A DNA stretch of 64,000 bases. It comes from Actinomycetota bacterium (lineage in GTDB: Bacteria > Actinomycetota > Thermoleophilia > Gaiellales > Gaiellaceae). A model generated the notes under the pieces. That model searched no databases. It worked only from the letters and a program-made list of their open reading frames with translations, and was not told where the DNA came from. The position numbers and the translations under genes are program-made. The stretch spans positions 10,397 through 74,396 of the forward strand of contig JBKPHH010000010.1 in assembly GCA_046729795.1 (NCBI GenBank), in the 5' to 3' direction. Below, piece after piece: positions 50,204 to 62,636 of this stretch (within the stretch, counting starts at the first letter, position 1; each line of letters starts with the position of its first letter).

Positions 50204-50990
50204 GGCCGTCCGCCGGGCGGCGGTGGTGCTCCACGGCCGTCCCGAGACGACCGGTGACGCGCTGGCGCGCCTGGAGCGCATCGCTGCCGAGCACAGCGTC
50301 GAGCTCGTCGACGAAGACGCCGCGACGCAGCCCGACCTCGCGGTCGTGCTGGGCGGTGACGGCACGATGCTGCGCGCGTTCCATCGCTTCCTCGGGACGG
50401 GAGTGCCCGTGCTCGGCGTCAACTTCGGCCGCGTCGGCTTCCTCGCATCGATCAAGGACGAAGAGCTCGAGGCCGGGCTCGCGCAGGCCTTCTCGGGCGA
50501 CTACCGGGTGATCGAGCTGTCGACCCTCGACGTCCAGACGGGCGGCAAGCAATCGGCGGCGGTGAACGACGTCGTCGTCACGAGCTCGACCCTTGGGCGG
50601 ATGATCGAGCTCGCCTGGGCGATCGGGGGCGAGGACCTCGGCGTGCTGCCGTGCGACGGCCTGATCTGCTGCACGCCGTCGGGCTCGACCGCCTACAACC
50701 TCTCGAACGGCGGGCCTGTGCTCGTCTGGGGTCTCGATGCAATGGCGATCACCTTCGTCGCCCCGCACTCGCTGCACGCCCGGCCGCTCGTGGTGCCGCG
50801 AAACCGCGACCTCGTCGTGCAGAACCGAACGGCGGGCGTCGGCGTCACGGTGATCGTGGACGGGAAGCCGTTCCACGAGCCCTCCGGTGACGAGCCGGTC
50901 ACGGTCCGCCTCGGCGAGCAGAGGTGCCTGCTCGCGACGCTTCCCCAGGCCACCTTCTTCAGCCGCTACGGCGAGAACTTTGCTTCGTAG
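50166..50990 (+). CDS. nadK: NAD kinase
   Basis: DLAVVLGGDGTMLRA, NDVVV, TPSGSTAYNLSNGGP. The start is uncertain because it overlaps tlyA by 38 nt. Confidence 0.9.
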   Translation: MTSTAGSTKPSGKAVRRAAVVLHGRPETTGDALARLERIAAEHSVELVDEDAATQPDLAVVLGGDGTMLRAFHRFLGTGVPVLGVNFGRVGFLASIKDEELEAGLAQAFSGDYRVIELSTLDVQTGGKQSAAVNDVVVTSSTLGRMIELAWAIGGEDLGVLPCDGLICCTPSGSTAYNLSNGGPVLVWGLDAMAITFVAPHSLHARPLVVPRNRDLVVQNRTAGVGVTVIVDGKPFHEPSGDEPVTVRLGEQRCLLATLPQATFFSRYGENFAS

Positions 50991-52614
50991 GCTCCGGATC
51001 GAGAATCTTGTCCTGATTCGGGAGGCCGATCTCGAGCTCGCGCCGGGACTGAACGCCATCACGGGCGAGACGGGGGCGGGCAAGACGATCCTCGCGCAGG
51101 CAGTCGGGCTCCTCCTCGGCGCGCGCGGGGACGCGGCGTACATCGGTCCCGAGGGCGACGAGGCCTACGTCGAGGCCGAGCTCGACCTTTCCGAGGGGTT
51201 GCTCGACGAGGGCGCCTTGGAGTCGCTCGCCGAGCTTCGCCCCGAGGATGAGGAAGGCCTCGTGATCGCCCGGCGTGTCTTCAAGGACGGGCGAACGAGG
51301 GCATACGCCTGGGGCCGGGCGACGGCCCGTGAGGATCTGGCGGCGGTCGGGGAGCGGCTGATCGCGATGTCCGGCCAGTTCGAGCAGCGCCGTCTGTCGC
51401 GCGTTTCGTTCCAGCTGGACGTGCTCGATGCCTTCTGCGGCGAGGAGCAGCTGCGCCGCCGCGCGGAGGCCCGGCTCGCGTGGCGCGAGGTGCAGCAGGC
51501 GCGCCGGCGCTACGAAGAGATCGAGCGCGGCGCCGCCCAGGCCGAGGCGAGGCTCGCCGAGCTGCGGGCGCTCGTCGAAGACACGCGCGGCTTCGAGCCC
51601 GGCGCGGAGGAGGCGCTGCGCGCCGAGCGCGAACGGCTACGCCATTCCACCGAGCTCGCGGCCGGAGTCGCGGCAGCCGGAGAGGCGCTCGCTCCCGAGG
51701 ACGGCGACGGCGCGGCGAATCTGGTGGTGATCGCGGAGCGCGCCGTTGCACCGTTGGAGCCGCTCGCAGACGAGCTTCGGCGGGCAGGCGACGAGCTCCG
51801 CGAAGCAGAGCTGCGCCTGCGGGAGACAGTCACCGAGCTGCGGAGCTTTCTGGCCTCGATCGAGGCCGAGCCGGACCGCCTCGAACATGTCGAGGCGGAG
51901 CTCGACCGGATCGCGCAGGCGAAGCGCCGCTTCGGCTGCGCCTCCTTCGAGGAGCTGCTCGCCCAGGCCGCCGAAGCCCGGGCCGAGCTCGCCGCGCTCG
52001 AGGCGGGAGCCGATCCGGCGGCGGCCGCACGAGAAGCGCTCGAGGCGGCCGAGCAGCGATTTGCGAAGTTCTCCGCCAAGCTGCGGGCGGAGCGGCAGGC
52101 CTCCGCGTCCGCCTTTGCCGAGGCGGTCGCCGCCGAGCTCCACGGCATCGGGATGGGCGAAGGAGAGTTCGACGTCGAGGTCGCAGAAAATCCCTCGGGC
52201 CCGACCGGCGCCGATCTGGTCTCCTTCTCGATCAAGCCGAACGCCGGTATGCCGTTCGCGCCGGTGGCGGAGACCGCTTCGGGCGGCGAGTTGTCGCGGA
52301 TCGCGCTTGCGATCGCGGCGGTGGCCGGAGGCGAGACGATGATCTTCGACGAGATCGACGCTGGCATCGGAGGGCGGACGGCGCATGCGGTCGGGGAGAC
52401 GCTGCGGCGGCTCGCAGGCCGCGCTCAGGTGGTCACGATCACCCACCTGCCGCAGATCGCGAGCCTCGCCGAGCGCCATTTTCGGGTCGAAAAGGTGCCT
52501 GGAGATCCCACGCACACGCGGATCGAGCGGCTTGAAGAAGCCGACCGCAAAGCGGAGATCCAACGTATGCTCGGCGGCGAAGAGTTCCTTTCCGCCGTCC
52601 AAGAGCGTGAATAG
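50980..52614 (+). CDS. recN: DNA repair protein RecN
   Basis: In ORF 50887..52614 from TTG 50980. LRIENLVLIREADLELAPGLNAITGETGAGKTIL, long coiled coil, SGGELSRIALAI, FDEIDAGIGG. Confidence 0.95.
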   Translation: MLRRLRIENLVLIREADLELAPGLNAITGETGAGKTILAQAVGLLLGARGDAAYIGPEGDEAYVEAELDLSEGLLDEGALESLAELRPEDEEGLVIARRVFKDGRTRAYAWGRATAREDLAAVGERLIAMSGQFEQRRLSRVSFQLDVLDAFCGEEQLRRRAEARLAWREVQQARRRYEEIERGAAQAEARLAELRALVEDTRGFEPGAEEALRAERERLRHSTELAAGVAAAGEALAPEDGDGAANLVVIAERAVAPLEPLADELRRAGDELREAELRLRETVTELRSFLASIEAEPDRLEHVEAELDRIAQAKRRFGCASFEELLAQAAEARAELAALEAGADPAAAAREALEAAEQRFAKFSAKLRAERQASASAFAEAVAAELHGIGMGEGEFDVEVAENPSGPTGADLVSFSIKPNAGMPFAPVAETASGGELSRIALAIAAVAGGETMIFDEIDAGIGGRTAHAVGETLRRLAGRAQVVTITHLPQIASLAERHFRVEKVPGDPTHTRIERLEEADRKAEIQRMLGGEEFLSAVQERE

Positions 52615-53743
52615 CTTCGTCGAGTTCACCGGTGTCGCGAGGCTCGACCGGCGGACGAAGAACCTCGTCCACCGGCTCGGGCCGGACGACGTCGCGGTGA
52701 TCGAGCACACCGATCTCGACCGGGTCTCGGCCGAGGAGCTGCTCGATTCGGGTGTGCGCGTGGTCGTCAACGTGGCCGCCTCGCAGACCGGCCGGTTTCC
52801 GAACCCGGGACCGCTGCTGCTCGTCCGCGGCGGCGTGCGCCTGATCGATGCGCCCGGCGCGCCGCTCTTCGACGAGCTCTCCGAAGGCGAGCTCGTGACA
52901 GTGCGCGGCAGCAGTGTCTTCCGCAACGGCAGCTGCCTGGCCGTTGGGCGAACGCTCGACGCCGAGCTCCTGTCGAGGGCACTCGCCGAGCAACGCGGCC
53001 GGGTGACCGAGGCGCTCGAGGAGTTCGCCGACAACACCCTTCGCTACCTGCGCGAAGAAGGGAGGCTCCTCTCGGAGGGGATCCAGTTCCCGTCGCTCGA
53101 GACGCGCTTCCGCGATCGCCACGCGCTGGTCGTCGCGCGCGGGCCGGGCTATAAACGCGACCTGCGAATCGTGCGGCCGTACATCCGGGATTTCAAGCCT
53201 GTGCTCGTCGGCGTGGACGGCGGCGCCGACGCGCTCATCGAGGGCGGCTACTCGCCCGACGTGATCGTCGGCGACATGGACTCGGTCTCCGACCGTGCGC
53301 TGCACTCCAAGGCCGAGAAGATCGTGCATGCGTATGCAGGCGGGGAGGCGCCGGGGGCCGGACGCCTGGAGGCGCTCGGCGTCGACTACCACGTCGTCTC
53401 GGGGCCCGGGATAAGCGAGGACCTCGCGCTGCTGCTCGCCTTCGAGAAAGGCGCCGAGTTGATTGTCGCCGTGGGAACGCATTTCAACCTGCTCGAGTTC
53501 CTGGAGCGGAACCGTGCGGGGATGTCTTCGACCTTCGTGACCCGGCTGAAAGTCGGTGAGATCCTCGTCGACGCGAAGGGCGTGTCGCGGCTCGTCAGCC
53601 GCCGGGTCGGGATCTGGCCGTTCGTCGCGTTCCTGCTCGCGGGGTTGACCGCTCTGGTCGTCGCCGTGCTGGCGTCCGAGCCGCTGCGCCATCTGTTCAG
53701 CCTGCTCTTCCAGCGGATGCGCGATCTGATCGGGATCGGCTAG
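52607..53743 (+). CDS. steA: SteA-like cytokinetic ring-associated protein (thiamine-pyrophosphokinase-like domain plus C-terminal TM)
   Basis: In ORF 52385..53743 from GTG 52607. GVARLDRRTKNL, VGVDGGADALIEGGYSPDVIVGDMDSV, C-terminal TM IWPFVAFLLAGLTALVVAVL. Conserved actinobacterial position after recN. Confidence 0.78.
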   Translation: MNSFVEFTGVARLDRRTKNLVHRLGPDDVAVIEHTDLDRVSAEELLDSGVRVVVNVAASQTGRFPNPGPLLLVRGGVRLIDAPGAPLFDELSEGELVTVRGSSVFRNGSCLAVGRTLDAELLSRALAEQRGRVTEALEEFADNTLRYLREEGRLLSEGIQFPSLETRFRDRHALVVARGPGYKRDLRIVRPYIRDFKPVLVGVDGGADALIEGGYSPDVIVGDMDSVSDRALHSKAEKIVHAYAGGEAPGAGRLEALGVDYHVVSGPGISEDLALLLAFEKGAELIVAVGTHFNLLEFLERNRAGMSSTFVTRLKVGEILVDAKGVSRLVSRRVGIWPFVAFLLAGLTALVVAVLASEPLRHLFSLLFQRMRDLIGIG

Positions 53744-53813
53744 GGAACCCGGCTCGAACGGCCGTAAGAAGGTTCGCCCGGCCTCCTCCCCAAGGCGATC
53801 GTATTGCGGAAAA

Positions 53814-53838
53814 GCGCGCGTGTGACGCGCGGGTTTGT
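53814..53838 (+). terminator. terminator-like hairpin after steA
   Basis: aaaaGCGCGCG-TGTGA-CGCGCG-ggtttgt: a 6-7 bp GC stem followed by a short, weak T-run. Confidence 0.35.
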
Positions 53839-53871
53839 CGCGAAAGAGCAACATTCATCGCGATCAACGAC

Positions 53872-54300
53872 ATGCCGATCGTCGCCGCACAACGCGAGCT
53901 CCTCGCTTCCCGTGAGGACGTCTGGAAGTTCCTGGCCGACCCGCACCACTTCGCAGACTGGTGGCCGGGCGTCGGCGGGGTCGATCCCGACCGGCGCGGC
54001 CTCGCTCCTGGAGCGCGGTGGCAGGTCCGCGGCCGCAGCAGCCGGCCCGGCCTGCTCCGCAAGCCGGACACGGCGGGGAAGTTGCTCATCTTGGACGTCC
54101 AGCCGCCGCAGCGCCTGGCCTGGCAGTTCCTGGCCGACCGCATCGACGCAGAGATCGAATTGACCGCCAGGTCACCCGACCGAACGCTTGCCACACTCAC
54201 CGTCAGCGGCCCCTGGCTGATCGGCCTGCGCCGCTCACTTCCCCGCAACGCGCTGGCCCGGCTGCACGCCCTGTGCCAGACTGCTGCTGATCTGAAGTAA
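53872..54300 (+). CDS. SRPBCC (START/polyketide-cyclase-like) family protein
   Basis: 142 aa. LASREDVWKFLADPHHFADWWPGV is a typical N-terminal SRPBCC pattern. Confidence 0.62.
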   Translation: MPIVAAQRELLASREDVWKFLADPHHFADWWPGVGGVDPDRRGLAPGARWQVRGRSSRPGLLRKPDTAGKLLILDVQPPQRLAWQFLADRIDAEIELTARSPDRTLATLTVSGPWLIGLRRSLPRNALARLHALCQTAADLK

Positions 54301-54302
54301 GC

Positions 54303-55218
54303 ATGTTCGACCTCCGCTACCACGTCGCATCGCTCGCGGCGGTCTTCCTCGCTCTCGTCATCGGGATCGTCGTCGGCGTCGGCATCGCCGACCGGGGTCT
54401 TGTCGACAAGGCGCAGAACGACCTGCTCGAGCAACGCGTTTCCCGGCTTCAGAGCCAGCTGGACCAGGCGCGCGACCAATCGACGAGGCTCGCGCAGGAG
54501 CAGAAGGCGGCCCGAGGCTTCATCGAAGACGCCTACCCGGCCTTGATGAATGATCGCCTCAAGGGGCGGCGAATCGCCCTCGTCTTCATCGGCTCGCTCG
54601 ACGGAAAGATCAGGACGAGCGTCGAGCAGACGCTTGCAGACGCCGGCGCGCCGCCGGCGCTGCGCGTCCGGGCACTCCGGGTGCCGGTCAACGTCGACGA
54701 GATGGTCCGGAAGATCGCCTCCGAGCGGGGGCTCGAGCGTTTCGTCGGCGACGAGCGGTTCAACGACCTCGGTCGCGGCAGCGCGCAGGACGCCGAGCTG
54801 ATCGGCAAGGCGCTGGGCGAGGACCTGGCGACCGGCGGCGACGCGACGCTTTGGGACGCACTGGCCGGACAGCTGATCGAGGAGCGGATCGGCGGGGGCA
54901 AGCGGCCGGTCGACGGGGTCGTGGTCTACCGGTCGGCCGGACGGCAGTACGGTGACACCGCCTCGTTCCTGGGCGGCTTCTACCGCGGGCTCGCATCGAG
55001 CCGCATCCCCGCGATCGGCGTCGAGTCCTCGCGCGACGCGCAATCGACCGTCGGCGTCTTCCGCCGGTTCGGGATCTCGACCGTGGACGACGTCGACACG
55101 CCGATGGGCAGGGTCGCGCTGGCGCTACTCCTCGATCACGCCAAGTACGGGCACTACGGCCTCAAGCCCGAAGCCCGCGAAGGGGTCTTGCCTCCGATCG
55201 AGCTCGCCTCGACGGCAA

Positions 55219-55226
<8 letters not shown>
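54303..55226 (+). CDS. MctB-like copper transporter family protein
   Basis: MFDLRYHVASLAAVFLALVIGIVVG... coiled-coil ... TVDDVDTPMGRVALALLLDH..GHYG closely mirrors M. tuberculosis Rv1698 (MctB). Same position between steA and pyrG. Confidence 0.75.
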
Positions 55227-58411
<3,185 letters not shown>

Positions 58412-58422
58412 ATCTAGCCCTC

Positions 58423-58428
58423 TAAGAT
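58423..58428 (+). promoter_or_regulatory. -10-like TAAGAT, 6 nt upstream of the M20 GTG
   Basis: ctcTAAGATcgccgcGTG. Only 23 nt separate it from the divergent PAS start. Confidence 0.4.
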
Positions 58429-58434
58429 CGCCGC

Positions 58435-59568
58435 GTGTCAACCACCGCGACCTCCGACGTCGTCACGCTCTTCACCGAGCTGGCCGCGCTCCCGAGCCCT
58501 TCGAAGGCCGAACGGAAGGTCGCGGACCGCGTGGACGCGTATCTCCGTGCCCTCGGGCTCGACGTCGACGAGGACGACGCCGGCGGGCGAATCGGCTCGA
58601 CCATGGGGAACCTGTACTGCCGGCTCGAGCCGACCGAGGGCGAAGGCACGCCGACTTTTTTCTGCGCTCACCTCGACACCGTGCCGCCGACGGCCTCGAT
58701 CGAGCCGGTCCTGGAAGACGGCGTCGTCCGGAACGCGGGAGGCACGATCCTCGGGGCCGACAACAAGTCCGCGGTCGCGGCGATGCTGGAGGCAACCCGG
58801 CGAATCGTCGAGGAAAATCGGCCCCACGCGGGCGTCGAGCTCCTGTTCACCCCGATGGAGGAGGTCGGCCTCCGCGGCGCCGAGGCCTTCGACCACACGC
58901 GTTTTCACGCCAGCGTGGGCTACGTCTACGACCACGCCGCGCCGGTGGGCGATGTCGTCCTCGGCGCGCCGCACCAGCGCAAGCTCGACGTCGAGTTCCA
59001 CGGGCGTTCCGCCCACTCGGGGATGTATCCGGAGGAAGGGCGTTCGGCGATCGCGGCAGCTGGACGTGCGATCGCCGACCTGCGGCTCGGCCGCCTCGAC
59101 GATGAGACGACGGCGAACGTCGGCCAGATCGCGGGCGGCGTCTCGCGCAACATCGTTCCCGACCACTGCTGGTTCTCCGCGGAGGCCCGCTCGCACGACG
59201 AACGGAAGCTCGCCGACGTCGTGCAGGAGATGCTCGACACGGTCACCTTTGCCGCAGGGACGGCGGAGTGCGACGTCGAAACCCGGGTCGAGCAGTCCGC
59301 GCGCGGCTACCACTTCGCCAAGGATGCGCTGCCGGTGCGCCTCGCGTGCGCTGCGCTCGAGCGCGCGGGCTTTACCCCGCGCTTCATCCTGAGCGGCGGC
59401 GGCGCCGATGCGAATGTTTTCAACGAGCGCGGGCTCGAGTGCCTCAACCTCGCCAACGGGATGGAGAACATCCATACCCCAGACGAGCAGATCGCCGCGG
59501 CCGACCTGGAGGCGATGGTCGAGGTCACCCTCGCGCTGATCGACGAGGCACGTGCCGTTAACGCTTAG
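58435..59568 (+). CDS. M20 family metallopeptidase (PepT/tripeptidase-like)
   Basis: FFCAHLDTVPP, GADNKSAVAAMLEA, PMEEVGLRGA, GRSAHSG. Confidence 0.85.
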   Translation: MSTTATSDVVTLFTELAALPSPSKAERKVADRVDAYLRALGLDVDEDDAGGRIGSTMGNLYCRLEPTEGEGTPTFFCAHLDTVPPTASIEPVLEDGVVRNAGGTILGADNKSAVAAMLEATRRIVEENRPHAGVELLFTPMEEVGLRGAEAFDHTRFHASVGYVYDHAAPVGDVVLGAPHQRKLDVEFHGRSAHSGMYPEEGRSAIAAAGRAIADLRLGRLDDETTANVGQIAGGVSRNIVPDHCWFSAEARSHDERKLADVVQEMLDTVTFAAGTAECDVETRVEQSARGYHFAKDALPVRLACAALERAGFTPRFILSGGGADANVFNERGLECLNLANGMENIHTPDEQIAAADLEAMVEVTLALIDEARAVNA

Positions 59569-60535
59569 GCGCGGAACCGTCACCGCGATCGTCGAGCGTC
59601 TCGAGGGCCTGGCTCGCATCGAGGTCGACGGCGTCGCCTGCGTCGCCTATCCGGAGCTCACCGGGCCGGTCGCGCTGGGAGACGAGGTGATCGTGAACGT
59701 TCAGGCCAGGGAGCTCGAGCTCGGCTCCGGCGGCTTCGACGTCCTGTACGCGAACCTGACGCGCGGGCTCGAGCTCGGCGCGGCACCCGGCGCCCACGTG
59801 ATGAAGCTTCCGTACACGCCGCTGCAGGCGGCGGCGCCGCATGCAGAGGAGAGCGAGCCGGTGGCCGAGGAGCTCGGCGGCATGCCGGTTGTCTGCTGCT
59901 CGCTGCACAGCCAGGTCGCACCCGTCTGCGCGGCGCTGCGCGGGATGGGGGTCGCGTACGTCCAAGTGCCGGGAGGCGCGCTCCCGCTTCCCCTGTCCGA
60001 CACCGTTCGCGCGCTTCGCGAGCACGGGCTCGTGCAGGAGACCGCGTCGGTCGGCGCTTGCTTCGGAGGGGACGCCGAGTGCGTCAGCGTCCAGGCGGCG
60101 CTTGGCTGGGCGTCCGCCCGCGGGCTCGACGTCGTCGTCTGCGCGGTCGGTCCCGGGATCGTCGGCACGGGCTCGCGGCTCGGTCACGGAGGTCTGGCGG
60201 CTGCGGACGCGGCGAACGCCGCCGCGGCGCTCAACGGTGCGCCGGTACTCGCACTGCGTGTGTCCGAGAGCGACGAACGGGAGCGCCACCGCGGCGTCTC
60301 CCATCACTCCAGAGCGGTGCTCGAGCTCTGCCTCGGCTCGGTTGCGGTCGGCTGGCCGACGGGGTTGAACGCTCCTGAATGGCTCGAGCAGCGGCAAGAG
60401 GTCGACGTCGCGGAGTGGCGCGAGGCCTGCGAGGGCCTGTCGCTGTCGCACATGGGGCGCGGTCCCGACGACGACCCGTGGTTCTTCGCGGCCGCCTTCG
60501 CCGCCGGCAAGCTCGCGCGCGCCCTCGCCGGCTGA
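59552..60535 (+). CDS. conserved hypothetical protein (recalls the DUF3866 family; unverified)
   Basis: 327 aa. RRGTVTAIVERLEGLARIEVDGVACVAYPELTGPVALGDEVIVNVQARELELGSGGFDVLY. GTG start overlaps the M20 stop by 17 nt. Confidence 0.55.
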   Translation: MPLTLRRGTVTAIVERLEGLARIEVDGVACVAYPELTGPVALGDEVIVNVQARELELGSGGFDVLYANLTRGLELGAAPGAHVMKLPYTPLQAAAPHAEESEPVAEELGGMPVVCCSLHSQVAPVCAALRGMGVAYVQVPGGALPLPLSDTVRALREHGLVQETASVGACFGGDAECVSVQAALGWASARGLDVVVCAVGPGIVGTGSRLGHGGLAAADAANAAAALNGAPVLALRVSESDERERHRGVSHHSRAVLELCLGSVAVGWPTGLNAPEWLEQRQEVDVAEWREACEGLSLSHMGRGPDDDPWFFAAAFAAGKLARALAG

Positions 60536-61311
60536 TGGAGGAACGGAGGCTCGGCCCGGTCGTCGGGCTCGGAACCTGGAACACCTTCGAGGGCGATGCC
60601 GAGCGGGCTGGAGAAGTGGTCGGGGCCGCGTTCGACGCCGGAGTGCGGCTGTTCGACTCGTCGCCGATGTACGGCGCGGCCGAGCGCTCGCTCTCGGCGA
60701 CTCTGCGCGACCGTCGTGAAGAAACCACCGTCGCGACGAAGATCTGGGCGAGGTCGGTCGACGAGGGCCGCGAGCAGTTCCGGCGGCAGCTGGAGCTCTT
60801 CGGGCGCGTCGAGGTGGAGCAGATCCACAACCTCGCGCTCTGGCAGGAGCAGCTGCCCTGGCTCGAGGCCGAGCGCGATGCCGGGCGGATCGACAAGCTC
60901 GGGGTGACGCACTTCGGCACCCACGCCTTCGGCGAGCTCGAGGAAGCGCTCCGGACCGGGCGGTTCGAGACGATCCAACTTCCGCTCAATCCGGTGCAGC
61001 GCGAGTCCGAGCGGCGCCTGCTTCCGCTGGCGGCGGAGCTGGGCGTGGCCGTGATCGTGATGCGGCCGCTCGGCGGCGCGGGCTCCGTCATCCCCGCGCC
61101 GCCGCCGGAGGAGCTCGGGCCGCTGCGCGAGCTCGGCGTCGAGACCTGGTACCAGGCCCTCCTCAAGTGGGCGCTCTCCGACGAGCGGGTCGACGTCGTC
61201 ATCCCGGCGACGCGCGATGCGGACCATGCGCGGGAGAACGCCGCCGCCGGGTCGCCGCCGTGGTTCGGTCCCGAAGAGCGGGCGCTCGTGGAAAGACTCG
61301 CGACACGTTGA
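60535..61311 (+). CDS. aldo/keto reductase
   Basis: In ORF 60379..61311 from ATG 60535 (TGATG). LGTWNTF, FDSSPMYGAAERSL, IVMRPLGGG-like segment. Confidence 0.85.
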   Translation: MEERRLGPVVGLGTWNTFEGDAERAGEVVGAAFDAGVRLFDSSPMYGAAERSLSATLRDRREETTVATKIWARSVDEGREQFRRQLELFGRVEVEQIHNLALWQEQLPWLEAERDAGRIDKLGVTHFGTHAFGELEEALRTGRFETIQLPLNPVQRESERRLLPLAAELGVAVIVMRPLGGAGSVIPAPPPEELGPLRELGVETWYQALLKWALSDERVDVVIPATRDADHARENAAAGSPPWFGPEERALVERLATR

Positions 61312-61326
61312 ATTCCCCTGCATCTG

Positions 61327-61332
61327 TAGGGT
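61327..61332 (+). promoter_or_regulatory. -10-like TAGGGT, 10 nt upstream of the ald ATG
   Basis: ctgTAGGGTtcgccgcgcgATG. Confidence 0.35.
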
Positions 61333-61342
61333 TCGCCGCGCG

Positions 61343-62467
61343 ATGAAGATCGGCGTCGCGAAGGAGATCAAGTCCGACGAATACCGCGTCGCGCTGGCCC
61401 CCGCCGGTGCTTTGGAGCTGATCCGGCGCGGTCACGACGTCACTATCGAGATCGGCGCCGGCGAGGGAAGCGCCTTCCCCGATTCCTCGTACGAGGCGGT
61501 CGGAGCCCGGATCGGATCCGTCGACGAGGTGTGGGAAGGGAGCGAGCTCCTGCTCAAGGTGAAGGAGCCGGTCGAGCCGGAATACGGGCGGCTCCGCGAG
61601 GACCTCGTCCTGTTCACGTACCTGCACATCGCCGCAGACGAGCCGCTGACCCGAGCTCTGATGGAGAGCGGGATCACGGCGGTGGCCTACGAGACCGTGG
61701 AGACGAACGACCGAAAGCTGCCGCTGCTCGCGCCGATGAGCGAGATCGCTGGACGGCTCGCGGCCCAGGCCGGCGCGTACTTTCTCGAGAAGCCGCTCGG
61801 CGGCCGGGGTCTCCTGCTCGGCGGCGTGGCGGGGGTCGCGCCGGGCAAGGTGCTGATCATCGGCGGCGGCATCGTCGGCTACAACGCGGCTGTGATCGCG
61901 CTCGGCCTCGGAGCGAACGTGACGATCCTCGAGCGCTCGATCGACCGCATGCGCCACCTCGAAGAGATCCTCTCCGGGCGGGTGAGCCTCGTGATGTCGT
62001 CGAGCCTCCAGATCGAGGAGTCGGCGGCCAATGCGGATGTCGTGATCGGCGCCGTTCTGATTCCGGGCGCGCTCGCGCCGAAGCTCATCACGCGCGAGAT
62101 CCTCGGCGAGATGAAGGAGGGCTCGGTCCTCTGCGACGTCGCGATCGACCAGGGAGGCTCCGCGGAGACCTCACGGCCTACGACACACAGCGATCCGGTT
62201 TACGTCGTGGACGGGGTCATCCACTACTGCGTGGCGAACATGCCGGGCGCGGTTCCGATCACCTCGACGAAGGCGCTCACGAACGCCACGCTTCCGTATG
62301 TCGAGGCGATCGCCGAGCACGGGCTGCCGGAAGCGGTCGCGCGCGACCACGCTCTGGCGCGGGGGGTCAACGTGCTCGACGGCAAGGTCACCTACGAGGC
62401 GGTCGCCGAGGCGCACAATCTCGACTACTCGCCACTCGACGACGTCCTTCCGCTGTCGCCGGTCTGA
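61343..62467 (+). CDS. ald: alanine dehydrogenase
   Basis: In ORF 61217..62467 from ATG 61343. MKIGVAKEIKSDEYRVALAP, VLIIGGGIVGYNAA, HYCVANMPGAVP. Confidence 0.95.
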   Translation: MKIGVAKEIKSDEYRVALAPAGALELIRRGHDVTIEIGAGEGSAFPDSSYEAVGARIGSVDEVWEGSELLLKVKEPVEPEYGRLREDLVLFTYLHIAADEPLTRALMESGITAVAYETVETNDRKLPLLAPMSEIAGRLAAQAGAYFLEKPLGGRGLLLGGVAGVAPGKVLIIGGGIVGYNAAVIALGLGANVTILERSIDRMRHLEEILSGRVSLVMSSSLQIEESAANADVVIGAVLIPGALAPKLITREILGEMKEGSVLCDVAIDQGGSAETSRPTTHSDPVYVVDGVIHYCVANMPGAVPITSTKALTNATLPYVEAIAEHGLPEAVARDHALARGVNVLDGKVTYEAVAEAHNLDYSPLDDVLPLSPV

Positions 62468-62472
62468 CGTTC

Positions 62473-62616
62473 CTAGCCCGTCTGTTCCTGCTGTTTTGCC
62501 TTCTTGTCCTCGGGATTGGGGCTCACCTTGACGACGAGCCAGGTCACGCCGGCTGCGAACGAGATCACAAGCACGATGAAGAGGACAAGCCCGATCAGCC
62601 CAAGGACGGTCTCCAC
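62473..62616 (-). CDS. 47-aa single-pass membrane micro-protein (hypothetical)
   Basis: Below the ORF-track size cut-off. GTG 62616; product VETVLGLIGLVLFIVLVISFAAGVTWLVVKVSPNPEDKKAKQQEQTG. TATTCT lies 9 nt upstream on the minus strand. Confidence 0.4.
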   Translation of the reverse strand: METVLGLIGLVLFIVLVISFAAGVTWLVVKVSPNPEDKKAKQQEQTG

Positions 62617-62624
62617 GACCGACC

Positions 62625-62631
62625 TAGAATA
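62625..62631. promoter_or_regulatory. overlapping divergent -10-like hexamers: TAGAAT (plus, deoB) and TATTCT (minus, micro-ORF)
   Basis: cCTAGAATAGc. TAGAAT is 6 nt from the deoB ATG 62637 and TATTCT is 9 nt from GTG 62616 on the other strand. Confidence 0.4.
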
Positions 62632-62636
62632 GCTCG

